Below are positions 1-12,432 of a DNA stretch of 64,000 nucleotides, one piece after another. The stretch's first letter is position 1, and each line of letters starts with the position of its first letter. Location: assembly GCF_964213995.1 (NCBI RefSeq), contig NW_027590629.1:62001-126000 (forward strand), given 5' to 3'. Under the pieces are notes generated by a model that did not search any database, was not told the DNA's origin, and worked only from the letters and a program-made list of their open reading frames with translations. Origin of the DNA: Mustelus asterias (lineage: Eukaryota). The position numbers were made by a program, and so were the translations under genes.

Positions 1-671
1 CGACTGAGAGATGACTCAGAGAGAGGATACATGCTGTAATACGTGAACAAGTATGTTTGTGTCTTCTTTCCCTTTAACCTTCCATGGGACGTTTTAGCTG
101 GTGGAAAGACCAGCACTTTTTGTCTGTCCCAAATTTCCTTGAATCGACTGGTTTTCGAGGACAGTTCTGAACATATTAAAGAGTCAGCCATTTTTCTGTC
201 CGTCTGGAGTCACATCTTTGCGAGACCAGGTAGTGATGGCAGATTTCCTTCATCGGGGAATCAGAGAGGTTTCCTATGGTCGCCATTAGTACCTATTCCA
301 GATTTATGAATTGAACTGGAATTCCACTAGCTACAATGCTCCGACTTAAATCCCTGTCCCCACATCAGTGTCCTGGGCCTCAGGATCACTTGCCAAATAA
401 ATTAATATTACGTCACCATCTGCGCAAACAATAAATGAATGACCGTGTTGATGCAGGAATGAATGACTGTTGAATGAATGATAGTTGTATGAGTATGGGT
501 TGGATGCCGGGATATTTTGATTGAGGAATCAGTGAGTGGACTGATGGATGCATTGATAGATGGTACTGAAAGATGCTGTTCTACATTCCCATATTTGTGC
601 TTGATGGGTTCATAAATTGAAACAGCTCCTTTATTCCATTTCTGTCAGTCTAATACCTCCAATCCTTCCAG

Positions 672-1152
672 AGGTCTGGGTGAAATTCAGCCCCAGTTTT
701 TCGGGAGTAAGTAACGAAGAGAAGGACGAGATATTCCTGCGGCACGGGTGGTTCATTTCTCTGCTGATGCTAAATCTTCATATCCAAGATAGATAGAGGG
801 AACATGATTAGTTTGAGGAGGGAGGATTGCAATATCTGAAACATGTGGTTCTTTCACGTACAACAAATCAGTCAACATGTCCTCGCCCAAATTAGTGAAG
901 ATAACGGGCTGAATAGTAAATAATATGGCAACAGAAATATTGTGAGACTCACTGAACAACTCCAAGTGTTACATTATTTCCCAAAACAGTGTAATAATGA
1001 ATCGGAATTTAAAGAATCAGTAAAATCACATGAAGTACAGATAGCTTCATTTATATCATCACTTTGGAAATCATCGCACACTCCAGCTATGTATCAGGAC
1101 TTTCTGTGTGACAATGAGTTGATTACTTGTCAATAAAGCGCAGAGGCTGCTG
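672..1152 (+). pseudogene. Exon-like block of an unidentified decayed gene (paralog 14284-14754)
   Basis: ccttccAG acceptor and GTagct donor in both copies; broken + frame VQQISQHVLAQISEDNGL..NIVRLTEQLQVLHYFPKQCNNESEF vs VQQITQQIITQISEDNKL..NIVKLTGQLEVLNYLPELCENESGF; several stops; family not recognised. Confidence 0.3.
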
Positions 1153-1294
1153 GTAGCTGCTCATTATCCTCGGTCTGAATGTATTCAATTTCCCATTGAA
1201 TTCTGGGACAGATTTTATTCCTTGTTGACAAAAAGGCCAATACAATGTCAATAAATGTTAATATCAATAAATCATACGAAGCAAAGTTGTATAA

Positions 1295-1830
1295 AATGAA
1301 ATACTGAAAACAAACAGAAAATGCTGCAAAACCTCAGAATGTCTGACAACATCTGTGGAGACAGAATAGAGCCAACGTTTCAGGTCTGGATGACGCTTCG
1401 GCAGAGTGTTCCTGATGCATTGGAGAGATCATCATTTTTTCTAACAAGGTGTCAGAGAAGCTGCATAACTTTCGTGTGAAATGGGAATAGTTCAAATAGA
1501 TACTGTTTAATTATGTACATTATTTCGAGCCACACACAAGTTGCATCAGTTTACATACCGATCCCAAATATCATAATCAACTTCTCCATGCCAACTAACT
1601 TAATCAACGCCTCAATCACTAACTATATCCGAAAGAAACTTTCTAATCCCTTTCCATCCTCATCATTTCCCAATGTCATCATCTTCAATTCCTCCAAATA
1701 AAGAAGGATCTTCCTGACTCGGAACTTTGACTCTATTCTCTCTCCACAGGTGCTATCAGACCTGTTGAGATTTTCAGAATTTATTGTTTTGTTTCAGTTT
1801 CCAGAATCCGCAGCATTTTGCATTTATCAA
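1295..1830. mobile_element. Old Penelope-like remnant with inverted termini
   Basis: 1295-1410 and 1700-1830 are opposite-orientation copies of the GAAAATGCTG..ATCTCAG..CATCTGTGGAGA terminal; decayed hammerhead core on - strand at ~1369-1408. Confidence 0.55.
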
Positions 1831-2407
1831 AATGCAGAATATAATTGGTGAAATAATTGTTTATCTGTATGAATCGATGTTAATTGGTGAACTGGAACAA
1901 CCCCGCCTGGGTATTCCCCTCTAAGACACTCATCAACCTGACTTGGACATATATTACCGCTCCTTTACTGTCCTTGGGTCGGAAGCCAGGAGAACCCTCC
2001 CTAACAGCACTGTGGGTGTATCTTCTCTGCAGGTTGTGCAGTGGTTCAAGAAGGCGACTCACCACCAGCTTACCGAATGCAGTTAGAAATGTGGAATAAA
2101 TTGTAGCTCAGACAGTGCCGCTCACCTTCCATAAAGTAATTTTAAATCGACTATTCTTTGTGAGTGAATGAGAACTGGTGAATGCATTTATTAAATTGTG
2201 AATGGATGGTCATTGGTGAAAATAATCTTTCTGAACATTTATAACATTCTCCTTTTTGCTGGAAGATTTAAGGTTGAAGTTTATTTATTAATGTCACAAG
2301 TAGGCTTACATTAACACTGCAATGAAGTTACTGTGAAAATCCTCGAGTCGCCCGACTGCGGCGTCCGTTCGGGTACATTGAGGAAGAATTTAGCCTGGCC
2401 AGTGCAC

Positions 2408-2952
2408 CTTGATGTGGAGATGCCGGCGTTGGACTGGGGTGAACACAGTAAGAGTTTTAACAACACCAGGTTAAAGTCCAACAGGTTTATTTGGTAGCAA
2501 ATACCATTAGCTTTCGGAGCGCTGCTCCTTCGTCAGATGGAGTGGAAATGTGCTCTCAAACAGGGCACAGAGACACAAAAATCAAGTTACAGAATACTGA
2601 TTAGAATGCGAATCCCTACAACCAGCCAGATCTTAAAGATACAGACAATGTGGGTGGAGGGAGCATTAAGCACAGGTGAAAGAGATGCGTGGTGTATCCA
2701 ATCAGACAATACACATCTCTTTAACCTATGCTTAATGCTCCCTCCACCCACATTGTCTGTATCTTTAAGATCTGGCTGGCTGTAGGGATTCGCATTCTAA
2801 TCAGTATTCTGTAACTTGATTTTTGTGTCTCTGTGCTCTGTTTGAGAGCACATTTCCACTCCATCCGACGAAGGAGCAGCGCTCCAAAAGCTAATGGTAT
2901 TTGCTGCCAAATAAACCTGTTGGGCTTTAACCTGGTGTTGTTAAAACTCTTA
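2408..2952. mobile_element. Penelope-like pseudo-LTR pair in inverted (palindromic) arrangement
   Basis: ~2447-2690 is the near-exact reverse complement of ~2712-2953; same terminal (GTAAGA..AACAACACCAGGTTAAAGTCCAACAGG) as the GIY-YIG element at 39569; 8-bp TSD CAGTGCAC at 2400-2407 and 2953-2960. Confidence 0.88.
2504..2540 (-). ncRNA. Minimal type-I hammerhead ribozyme (Penelope-associated)
   Basis: - strand reads ccau CUGACGA a ggag-cagcg-cucc GAAA gc UA augg: intact core, stem I ccau/augg, stem II ggag/cucc, palindromic AGCU stem III. Confidence 0.8.
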
Positions 2953-3814
2953 CAGTGCACATTACCAGCATGCCTTTTCGGACTGTCGCAGGAAACTGGG
3001 GCACACAGAAGAAAATCCATACGTACACAGGAGGAATGTGCAGACTCCACACAGGCAATGATCCAAGCCAGGATCCAAACATGTGGCGCTGGTGCTGTGA
3101 GGCAACAGAGCTAACCACTGTGCCACCCTGGCACCTACCATTTCACATGATGCATGATTCAAATTCATCATACTTTTTGCAAAGTAAGCCAATGGAAGAG
3201 ACTGCTACAGCTGCAGACATATCTCAGTTCATAGTATCACGGAAAGATCTTTGCTAGGGTCACGCTTGAAATATATCATCTGCTTGCAGACTGGGTATTC
3301 CTGATGTGCAGTTTAGTGATTGTGTTGGAAGATTTACTCCAGCCAACAACTTCTCCATGTTCCATATGTGTCCGTGTCTTTAACGTACTTCGGTCAATCT
3401 CGCTAAGACATTCAACACCTTCAGGAGGGCAAGGCCCACGGGATTTTGGTGATAACTGGCTCCTAATATCCATCCATGTTATTGAAACGATAACACACAA
3501 TGACAAATGGTAACTTAATGGGCAGCACTTGTGGCAGAGCTAATGTTTCAAAAATTGTCCTCCTCAATCATCAGAAAAGGTGACACATGTAAAAGAAGCC
3601 AATCTGAATTGGATGTGTTTATTGTGTGTACATCATGTACTGTAAATGGAAGGATGCAATTGATCATTTTGAAATTAATTTCTATAAAACATGATATATT
3701 TCACAAAACACACGCACACCAAGATGATCAATTTTTGTTCCACCAGGATCACTCGATTCCAGAAATGATTTAAAATGAATCCAAATGTAGATACACATTT
3801 TAAATTAAAAGGTG

Positions 3815-4700
3815 AATAGAGAGTGCGTGCCCTTGACATCGACACAGCATTTGACCGTTTGTAGCATCAAGGAGCCCGAGCGAAAGTGCAGTTAATGGGA
3901 ATCAGGGGGGAAACAGTCCACTGGCTGGAGCACAAAGGAAGATGGTTTTGGTTGTTAATGGTTGTTAATCATCTCAGTCACAGGGCACTGCAGGAATTCT
4001 TCAGGTTAGTGACCTAGCCCCAAGCTTCAGCCATTATCAACATTCATGTGTGGCATATTCACTGATGATTGAACAAAGTTCAGCATCAGTTCCGACTCCT
4101 CAGGTACTGACACAATCTGCGTCCATATGAAGCAAGACTTAGAAAACATTCAGTCTTGTGCTAATGACTGGAAAGTAACATTAAAGCCACACAAGTGGCG
4201 GGCAATGACCCTCTCCAATAAGGGAGATTCCAACCTCTTCCCTTGACACTAAGTAGCATTACTAGCGCAGAATCCCTCACTATCAACATCCCGGGCATTA
4301 TACTTCGTGAAAATCTGAACTGGAACAAGCATTTAAATCATGTGGCTATAAGAGCAGGTCAGATGCCAGGAGTTCTGCGGCGAACAGCTCACATCCTGAA
4401 TTCCCAAACCCTTTCCATCATCTACAAGGCAAAAACGAGGAGTATGAACAAAGAACAATGAACAGTACTGCACATGAACAGGCCCTTCTGCCCACCAAGT
4501 CTGTTCCAACACAAATGATTGAATGTTCTCTACTCGCCTGACTTGTGCCACTCAATAAGTTCAATGCCATTCTGGAAAAAGTAGCTGTTTCGAAGAACAC
4601 CCCATCCACCACCTTCCCAAAGCTTGCCACCACATTCTCAAAGGAAATTATGCTTTGGCAACAAAAGTTGACTTGATCATCAAAATCCCATGAAGTATTG
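3815..4700 (+). mobile_element. Old CR1/L2-clade LINE 3' fragment (with small inserted tail at ~4447-4515)
   Basis: Decayed RT/C-terminal peptides (LNWNKHLNHVAIRAGQMPGVLRR); same family at 14970, 19890, 53570 and 56570. Confidence 0.75.
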
Positions 4701-4729
4701 TTAAACATATCATTTCTGCTTATATTCAA

Positions 4730-5760
4730 CTCGCCTCTGACCCTGTCTGTGTTACACTAGACTCTGCCCGGATCACATTCCAGGAGGCCCTATCTAAATT
4801 TTTTTCCTGCACTCGGCTCAATATCAGCTATTCATGTACGAAGCACAGGCCCTGTTAATATTATAATTTCTAAGCAATGGCTGCACTTATCCATGTCTCT
4901 GCTAATCTGACAAGAGGCCGTGTCTTAATTCTAACTGCCTCAGAACATTTACCACTCTATAGTAGACTGGAAATATGTCTTCATGCATTACACATGGTCT
5001 GTCACAGTTAGTTTGCTGAAAGTTCATTAGATTTTAATAATCTAGTTCCTTTTTAAGTTCATGCTGCACCAGTCCATGTATTTGATTATTTAAGACTATG
5101 TCATGTCGCAGTTTTATTGTACTTTGCCATACCTCCTAATTGCTGCATTGTCCGAATCTCAGTGTGTATCAGTCTAGGTCCTGTATGAACAATTACTCCG
5201 AATAAAGTGGGCTCTGTCTCAGTTTATATCAGTCAAGGTACTGTATCAGTAATTATCACTAACACACTGGACTCTGTCTCAGTTTAAACCTGCCTCAGTC
5301 CTGTATCAGTAATTATTACCAATGCACTTGGCTCCATCTCAGTTCATATAAATCTCGTTCCAGTATCATTAATTACTCGGCGCTGTCTCAGTTCATGTCG
5401 CACAAGCTCCTATATCAGTAAAACTGCGCTAGACACTGTCTCAGTTTTCTTTTCCTTGACAATGTCATTTAAAAAAATGTTTCTTTCATGGGATGTGGGT
5501 ATCATTGGAATTTGGCATTTGACCATCCCCACATGACACTCGGCACTAACTCATTTCTATTGTGTTGGATCAGGCCCATGTTTATATTAAAATACAGTCT
5601 GACTCAGTTAATACTCTACTAGACCAGAACTCAGTTTATATTGCACAAGACATTCTCTCGGGAAATGTAATATTTGATACTGACCCTGTATATATTTCAC
5701 TAGACTGTGTCAGTGTTATTCCTGCACTAAACTATGCCTCTGTTTGAATTATGTCTGTAT
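4730..5760 (+). repeat. Degenerate ~27-30-bp minisatellite array (TGTCTCAGTTTATAT core)
   Basis: Recurrent CTGTCTCAGTT / CTGTATCAGTAATT motifs, ~60-bp higher-order period at 5210-5400. Confidence 0.75.
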
Positions 5761-6109
5761 TACTACACGGTTCTGCGAGAAGAAGAGATAATATGTTGGG
5801 ATAAAAACGTTGCTATCAGGCAGGATCCAGAAGCGGGCAGTATTGGATCGACAGTATTTGGTTGGTGCAGTCTTTGAGGGCCGAAGGGCCGTTTCCTCTG
5901 CTGTAACTTTCTTTGTTTTTTGTTCTTTGTTGACAGTGCATGCTACACAGGGCTTGGTATCCATTTTCAATGCAGACAGCAGAAGTAGATTTCAGGTATC
6001 GCTTCTTCTTTTCCAGTGCCCAAAACCTCATAGAGTTTGCAGTTGCAGAAGGATGCAGAGAATTGTGTTCTCCCAACCACTTTCATCATTACTGGCATTG
6101 ATCAGTGCA

Positions 6110-6450
6110 GTAAAAACTGAGACCATGTCAAATGCAATGTGAATGTTGACAGGGTCAATTGCAGAAATAAGATACAAACAGAGACAGATCTGAATTAATA
6201 TAAACAGAGACAACGTCGAGTTTAAAATAAACAGAAACATGGTAATGTATAATGTAAACAGAGACAGCGTCTAATTTAGTATCAACAGATAAAACATTCA
6301 GTTTAATATGAGTAGAGACAGGCAATATAAAATTCTACGTGCAATATAAAAAGAGTTAGGTTCTAGTGAAAAATAAACAAAGGCATGGCCTCATAATATA
6401 AGCTGACACAGGGTAAATTTACTTTAATATAAAGAGACAGGTTCAATCCC
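6110..6450 (-). repeat. Same minisatellite in reverse orientation (ATATAAACAGAGACA core)
   Basis: Repeated AAACAGAGACA every ~27-28 bp, the reverse complement of the 4730-5760 core. Confidence 0.75.
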
Positions 6451-7110
6451 CATGAAGTTTGTAGAGACGGCCGACTGTCCCATCAAAAACTTACAGGACA
6501 GGCGTAACATGGGGTTAGCTGTAGAATGCAAAGTTCCCTCTGCATTACCAAATTAAACACTCCCAAGGCAGCAATAGCATGAGTTAGATACAAAGTAAAT
6601 GTCCCTCTACACGATCCAAATCAAACATTCCCAGAACAGTATACTGTCAATAAACAGAGTGAACCTCCCTCTACAAAGTTTGCTCAAACAAAATGAAGGC
6701 AGAAAGAGTATGGACTCTCTGCTACGTAAAACCTCTTCTGCACTCTTCGGGAGGCAGGTTTAAATTAGTGCTAGGCACAGGCAAAAGACCGTCTACACAG
6801 TTCCATAAAGCACACCCAGGTCAGGTACAGCAGAGATCAGATACGGATTAAATCTTCCTTGACAAAATCATATCAACCATTCAAAAGGCAGGTACGGTGA
6901 GTTTGGATGCAGAATAAATATTCCTCGACATTGTCCAGTCAAATACTCCAAGGACAGGGATAGCATCGGCTCAATATGAGGAAAGATCCTTCGGTACTGT
7001 CACATCGAATCCTGATCACTCGGTTCAGCCGAGGTTAGATACAGCAGAAAAAGTATCAAACATTCTAAGATCACAGAATGCTCAATAAATCTTTGAGAGT
7101 AAATCTCACT
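6450..7110 (+). repeat. Degenerate ~66-bp tandem repeat
   Basis: CCCTCTACAC..ATCAAACACTCCCAGG.CAGG..AGCATG.GTTAGATACAGAGTAAA recurs at ~6536, 6603, 6668, 6733, 6789, 6856, 6922; paralog at 23700-24050. Confidence 0.8.
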
Positions 7111-7914
7111 CACGGATTCCAATTCATTGAAATAAATTATTTTGGAAGTCTATAACTCCAGCTGAGAGAATTCATTGGGTCGACATTGACTTCATGTTGT
7201 GGAGTGAAGGTGATGAACCATTGTGGAGCGACAACACACAGAAACAGACAGGAGAAAGACAGAGAGATGAAACACAGGAAATTTCAATGAATACATTTGG
7301 CGTGCCATTATATTTCGTGATCAGAGGGATTTTTTCCTAATTCTGGACATAGCTATCATCATGACGTTTTTATTCATATAATTTAAAATGATAACTTTCA
7401 ATAATGTTGAAAATCAATTATTGCTGGAATCAGTTGATTGATTTGTATGTTTGGCACGATTTCTGCACTGTGTTATTGGGGAAATATTTGTTGAGTTTTT
7501 GTCTGTCAACAATGTAATCTGGAATTTCTATTTCTGTATTTATTTACATAAAAACCTCACTATTTACAATGAAATGTTCATGGCAGCAAAACCAGATAAA
7601 CCGCCGCTTATTGATCAGTTTCAACTCAAAATAGCGGTTTATTTTAAGAATATTAGCAGTTGATTGAAAATTAATAGAAACTTTTTGAACATTCATTATA
7701 CAAGAAAATAATACATTCTATTTCAGAATTTATTCTTAAAGTTCTGATGTCACAATAAATAAACAGGCAGATATTCCACTGAATGTCAATTTGATTAATG
7801 ATTTAATCTGTTCAAACTAGACAAGTTAAAACAAACAGATCTGATGTTGAAATATTCCTGTCACAAATAGTGATCACACTCACACAAGGGAAGAATAAAA
7901 AATCCTGTGTGGTT

Positions 7915-8415
7915 ATCACCAAGAGATACAGTTAGCATTGCTGCCTCACAGCGACAGGGAATCGGGTTTGATTCCAACCTTGGGTGACTGTGTGTGGTTT
8001 TCACATTCTACCCATGTCCATGAGAGTTTCCTCCTGGTGCTCCGGTTTCCTTCCACAGTCCAAGGATATGCAGGTTAGGTTGATTGGCTATGATAAATTT
8101 CCCCTGAGCGTCCAAGGATATGGAGCATCCATATAGGGTTAGAATCCTGAAAACGCAGAAGGAGGCCATTCAGTCCATCAAGTCTGCACCAGCTTTCCAG
8201 CACAGCATCCTTCCCAGGCCCAAGGTAGATTGGCTATGCTAAACTGCCCCTTGGTGTCTAACGATGTGGTTAGGGGGATTAGCGTGTGAATATTTGTGGT
8301 TGTCGGGATAGGGTGTAGTCTTGTCCTAGGAGGGTGCTCTGCTGGAGAGCCGCTGCAGACTTGATAGACCGAACGGCCTCTTTCTGCACTGTGAGGATTC
8401 TATGATTCTATGCTG
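7915..8415 (+). mobile_element. HE1-like SINE(s), composite
   Basis: GTTAGCATTGCTGCCTCACAGC head, CCACAGTCCAAGGAT body, GATTCTATGATTCTATG tail; absent from duplication copy 2. Confidence 0.75.
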
Positions 8416-8974
8416 CTATGATCAGGCAGAAGAGTGACTATAATCACATTGATGTCAGCGTTTCCAACGTATTACAACTGTCATGTTGGTACAGCTTGCA
8501 TTTATAGAACGCTTTACCCCACCTCATGTCGCCCCAAAATTCTCAAACCTCACTGATGCATCTTTGCTGAATTTAGTCAGTGCTGTAATGTTGGAAATAC
8601 AGTAGGTAATATGTGTACAACAAGCATCCACAAACAGAGATGTGATAAATGGCCCATACATTTGAGATTTTATTTGAAGAATGAGTATTATGGTAGGATA
8701 TTGGGGAGAACAGCCTTGCTTTTTAGAATTATATCAATGAGATTTTGCATCCTGGCATCGATCTGAAATGTGAATCTGCTTCTCTCTCTGCTGATGCCCG
8801 TTGACCTGCTAAGTAGCACTTTTTAGTCTTAGATCTCCGGAATCTGCAGCACTTTGCACTGTTTTTATTGATCGTCTGGATGTGAGCATCACTGACAAAG
8901 CCAACATTAATTGTCCCTGCTAAGAAGGCGGTTGTGAACCACCTTGTTGAAAACTTGCCCTCTAGATGATTTTA

Positions 8975-9350
8975 AACCAGCCTCCCATCCATTGACTCTG
9001 TCTACACTTTCCACTGCCGTGACAAAGCAGCCAGCATAATTAAGGACCCCACACACCCCGGACATTCTCTCTTCCACCTGCTTCCGTCGGGAAAAAGATA
9101 AAGAAGTCTGAGGTCACATACGAACCGACTCAAGAACAGCTTCCTCCCTGCTGCCATCAGAATTTAGAATGGACCTACCTTGCATTAAGTTGATCTTTCT
9201 TTACGTCCTAGCTATGACTGTAACACAACATTCTGTACTCCCTAGTTTCCTTCTCTATGTATGGTATGCTCTGTCTGTATAGTGCGCAAGAAGCAATACT
9301 TTCCACTGTTTGCTAATGCATGTGGCAGTAATAAATCAAACAAATCAAAT
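8975..9350 (+). mobile_element. Rex1/Babar-type LINE 3' fragment
   Basis: Homologous to 54670-55020; ends in AATAAATCAAA(C/T)CAAAT tail; another copy at 11110-11390. Confidence 0.75.
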
Positions 9351-9519
9351 TATTATTTGATTTCCTATAGCAGTTTTGATATAACTGATTGGCTTGCTCG
9401 GCAATTTCAGTGGTGGCTAAGAGTCATTTTCATCACAGTGGAAATTGGGTCTTGTCGGACAGATAGGGTAAAGAAAGGAATCTTCGGTTTTCAGTTATTT
9501 CAAAAGCGTTTGAAGTATA

Positions 9520-9715
9520 AAATGAAATTGCTGCGGATGCTGAAATCTTCAACTAAAAGAGAAAGGTCTGGAAAATCTCAGCATCTGTAAGGAGAGAAAA
9601 GAGCTGACATTTGGAGTCCAGATAAGCTTTTGTCAAAGCTTTGACAAAAAGTTCTTTTCTCTCTTATAGATGCTGCCAGATCTGCTGAGATTTTCCAGTA
9701 TTTTCTTTTTATGTT
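9520..9715. mobile_element. Penelope-like inverted terminal pair
   Basis: Arms centred on the palindrome TTTTGTCAAAGCTTTGACAAAA (~9628-9649). Confidence 0.65.
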
Positions 9716-9804
9716 GTTTGAAGTGTCGTTGGACGGCATAAATTGATTCTGAATCTCTGGGGCGTACGAATTGTAGGATAGTCGAAGGCTATCGTACTGA
9801 AGAA

Positions 9805-10920
9805 TGTATCTGCGATAGCTTCCTTGAACAGTATGTAATGGAACCAACGAGGGAACAGTCTATCCTAGGTCTGGTCCGGTGTAATGAGACAGGAATAATT
9901 AATGGTCTTATAGTTAGGGATCCTCGCAGAAGAAGCGATCACAGTGTGGTTGAATTTGAAATACAGATGGAGCGTGAGAAGGTAAAATCCAATACACGTG
10001 TCCTGTGTTTAAACAAAGGAAACTACAATGGGATGAGGAAGGAGTTGGCTCAGGTAGACTGGAAGCAAAGACTTTATGGTGGGACAATTGCGGAACAGTG
10101 GAGGACTTTCAAAGCGATTTTTCACAGTGGTCAGCAAACGTATATATCAGTGATCAGGAAGGACCGTCGAAAAAGAGATAATCAGCCATGGATAGCGAAG
10201 AGAATAAAGGAGGATATCAAATTGAAAGAAAATACAAACAAAGTGGCAAAGATTAGTGGGAAAATAGAGGATTAGGAAATCTTTAAAGATCAACAGAAAG
10301 CCACGAAAAAAGCTATAAGGAAAAGTAAGATGAATGATGAGAGTAAACTAGCTCAGAATATAAAAACAGATAGCAAATGTTTCTACAAATAGAAAACAAA
10401 AAAAAGTGGTTAAAGTAAACATTGGTCCTTTAGAGGATGAGAAGGGGGATGTAATAACTGGAAATGAAGAAATGTCAGAGGTATTGAACATATAGTCATT
10501 GGAATTCAGAAGAATGCGGGGAGAATCTTACAGAAGCATTACGATTGGGAAGGAAATTGATAAGATAGAACCAGGGAAGTTGTTTCCACTGGCAGGTGAA
10601 ACCAGAACTCGGGGGCATGTCCCCAAAATAAGGGGGAGCAGAATTAGGACTCAGTTGAAGAGGAAATTCTTCACACAAAGGATCGTGAATCGGTGGAATT
10701 CCCTGCCCAGTGAAGCTATTGAGGCTACGTCATTGCAGCTTTTTAAGGCAAGGAAAAATATTTTTCTGAACAGAAACGGAATTAAGGGTTATGGTATACG
10801 GGCTGATACGTGGAGCTGAGTCCACAAAAACGTCGGCCATGATCTTATTGAATGGCGGAGCAGGCTCGAGGGGCCAGTTGGCACATTCCTGCTCCAAGTT
10901 CTTACGTTCTTATGTTCCTA
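9805..10920 (+). mobile_element. CR1 LINE, internally deleted
   Basis: ORF 9838-10275 is homologous to the N-terminal part of the 799-aa CR1 ORF (EPTRE..SDH); jumps at ~10495 to the C-terminus (RTRGH..FFTQR..WNSLP); CTTATGTT tail. Confidence 0.9.
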
Positions 10921-12119
10921 AGGTACCAAAAACATTGCCCAGGGACCTGACGGACCCAGGCATCCAGTTGCTGCCAATAATGAACGCGTTGGCTTTCCAA
11001 GTCAGTCTCAGGGAGCCTCAGGGACACCCGGTTTCTGCCTCTGGCTGAGTCAACACAACCTCTGATAAGACACTTTTAAAAATATGGAAGACAAACATGC
11101 AAAAAGAACCATGCACCCCGGACATACTCTCTCGCCTTTTTCCATCGCGATGATACAAAATCCTGAGGACATTTACAAAGCGAATCAAAAACAGCTTCTT
11201 TCCTGCTGCAATCAGACTTTTGAATGGACCTAACTCGCATTAAGTTGATCTTTTTCTACACCCTAGCTATGAATGTAACATTACATTCTGCACTCTCTCC
11301 CTTCCTTTCCTATGTACTGTATCGTGCGTGAGAAACAATAACTTTCACTGTGTACTAATATGTGTGCTAATAATAAATCAAATCAAATTTATCAAAAACA
11401 CCGAGGATTATTCCAGGTGAATTGATTGCTGACACTGCAACATTCCAGAAACAGACTAATACTGAGGCAGCAAGAGTGAAATCCATTGTAATGTCTCTGC
11501 TAGTCCAAGAGATGAAATTGCATTTGATTATCTGTTATAGAAAAGAAACTATTTCATTGTAAATTAAATGCCTTCATTTCTGCACCCCTTTACAAGTGAA
11601 TAGACATAAACAAGGTGACATTACCTTATCAGGGTAAAGACGTCAGTCAGATTTGCAATAATTCTGTGTCTCTAACACATTGCAGCAAAATTATAACTTA
11701 TTGGAGGAATTATTATCGATTTATGTAACTACATGCTGGGATGATTGTATTTCAGGTGTAGATAGCTATCAGTGTAATTTAGGACTGGATATAAGAAGAA
11801 GGGAAGCAATGGCTTAGCATTATCGCTCGACAATTAATCCACAAATTCAACTAATGTTCACAGGATCCGGCTTCCAATCCCGCACACGGCAGATGGTGGA
11901 ATTTAAATTCAATAAAAACATCTGGAATTAAGAATCTACTTATAACTCATTGTCGATTATGTAGAAACCTATTTGCTTCACTAATGTCCTTCAGGGAAGG
12001 AAATCTGCCTTCCTTACCCGTTCTGGTCGACGTGTGATTCCAGAGCCACAGCAATGTGGCTGCCTCTCAACTGCCCTCGGACAAGGGGTGGGCAATAAAT
12101 GCTGATCATCCAGCGGCAC

Positions 12120-12432
12120 CCAGAGCAGAAGGAGGCCATTTGGCCTATCGGGCCCGCACCGACAACATTCCCACCCAGGCCCTATCCCCATCACCCCACG
12201 TATATTCCTTGCTAATTCCCTTGACACTATGGGACAATTTATCATTGGCAATCAACCTAAGCAGCATAATTTCGGACTGTGTGAGAAAATAGGCAGACAA
12301 TAGGACCATGTGAGTAAATAGACAGAACGTGCAGGTTCCACACAGACAGGGACTCCACACAGACCCAAACCGGGAATTGAATCCAGGTCCCTGGCGCTGT
12401 CCGGCAGCAGTGCTAACAACTGTGCCACCAAC
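12120..12432 (-). mobile_element. HE1-like SINE
   Basis: GGTGGCACAGTTGTTAGCACTGCTGCC head on -, GGCCTCCTTCTGC tail. Confidence 0.8.

Larger units (their letters stand above)
2272..3135 (-). mobile_element. HE1-like tRNA-derived SINE interrupted by a Penelope palindrome
   Basis: Head GGTGGCACAGTGGTTAGC on - at ~3110-3130; tail ..GCCTACTTGTGACATTAATAAATAAAC at ~2280; split at CAGTGCAC. Confidence 0.8.
60..9480 (+). repeat. Segmental duplication, copy 1 (paralog of ~13740-25920)
   Basis: Collinear shared blocks: 420-1260~14080-14860 (identical CACTTGTCAATAAAGCGCAGAGGCTGCTG-type anchor), 3140-3700~15850-16420, 3815-4700~20610-21720, 5760-6100~23060-23335, 7270-7830~24170-24740, 8440-8970~24760-25790, 9350-9480~25790-25920. 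Confidence 0.85.

Noticed and set aside
2927-3257. Recurrent short ORFs such as GHCLCGVCTFS.. / GSLSVWSLHILP.. throughout the window
   Set aside because: Translations of HE1 SINE bodies, not a protein family
4730-7110. Regularly spaced repeats as a CRISPR array
   Set aside because: Degenerate head-to-tail minisatellites with no unique spacers, no cas genes, vertebrate context
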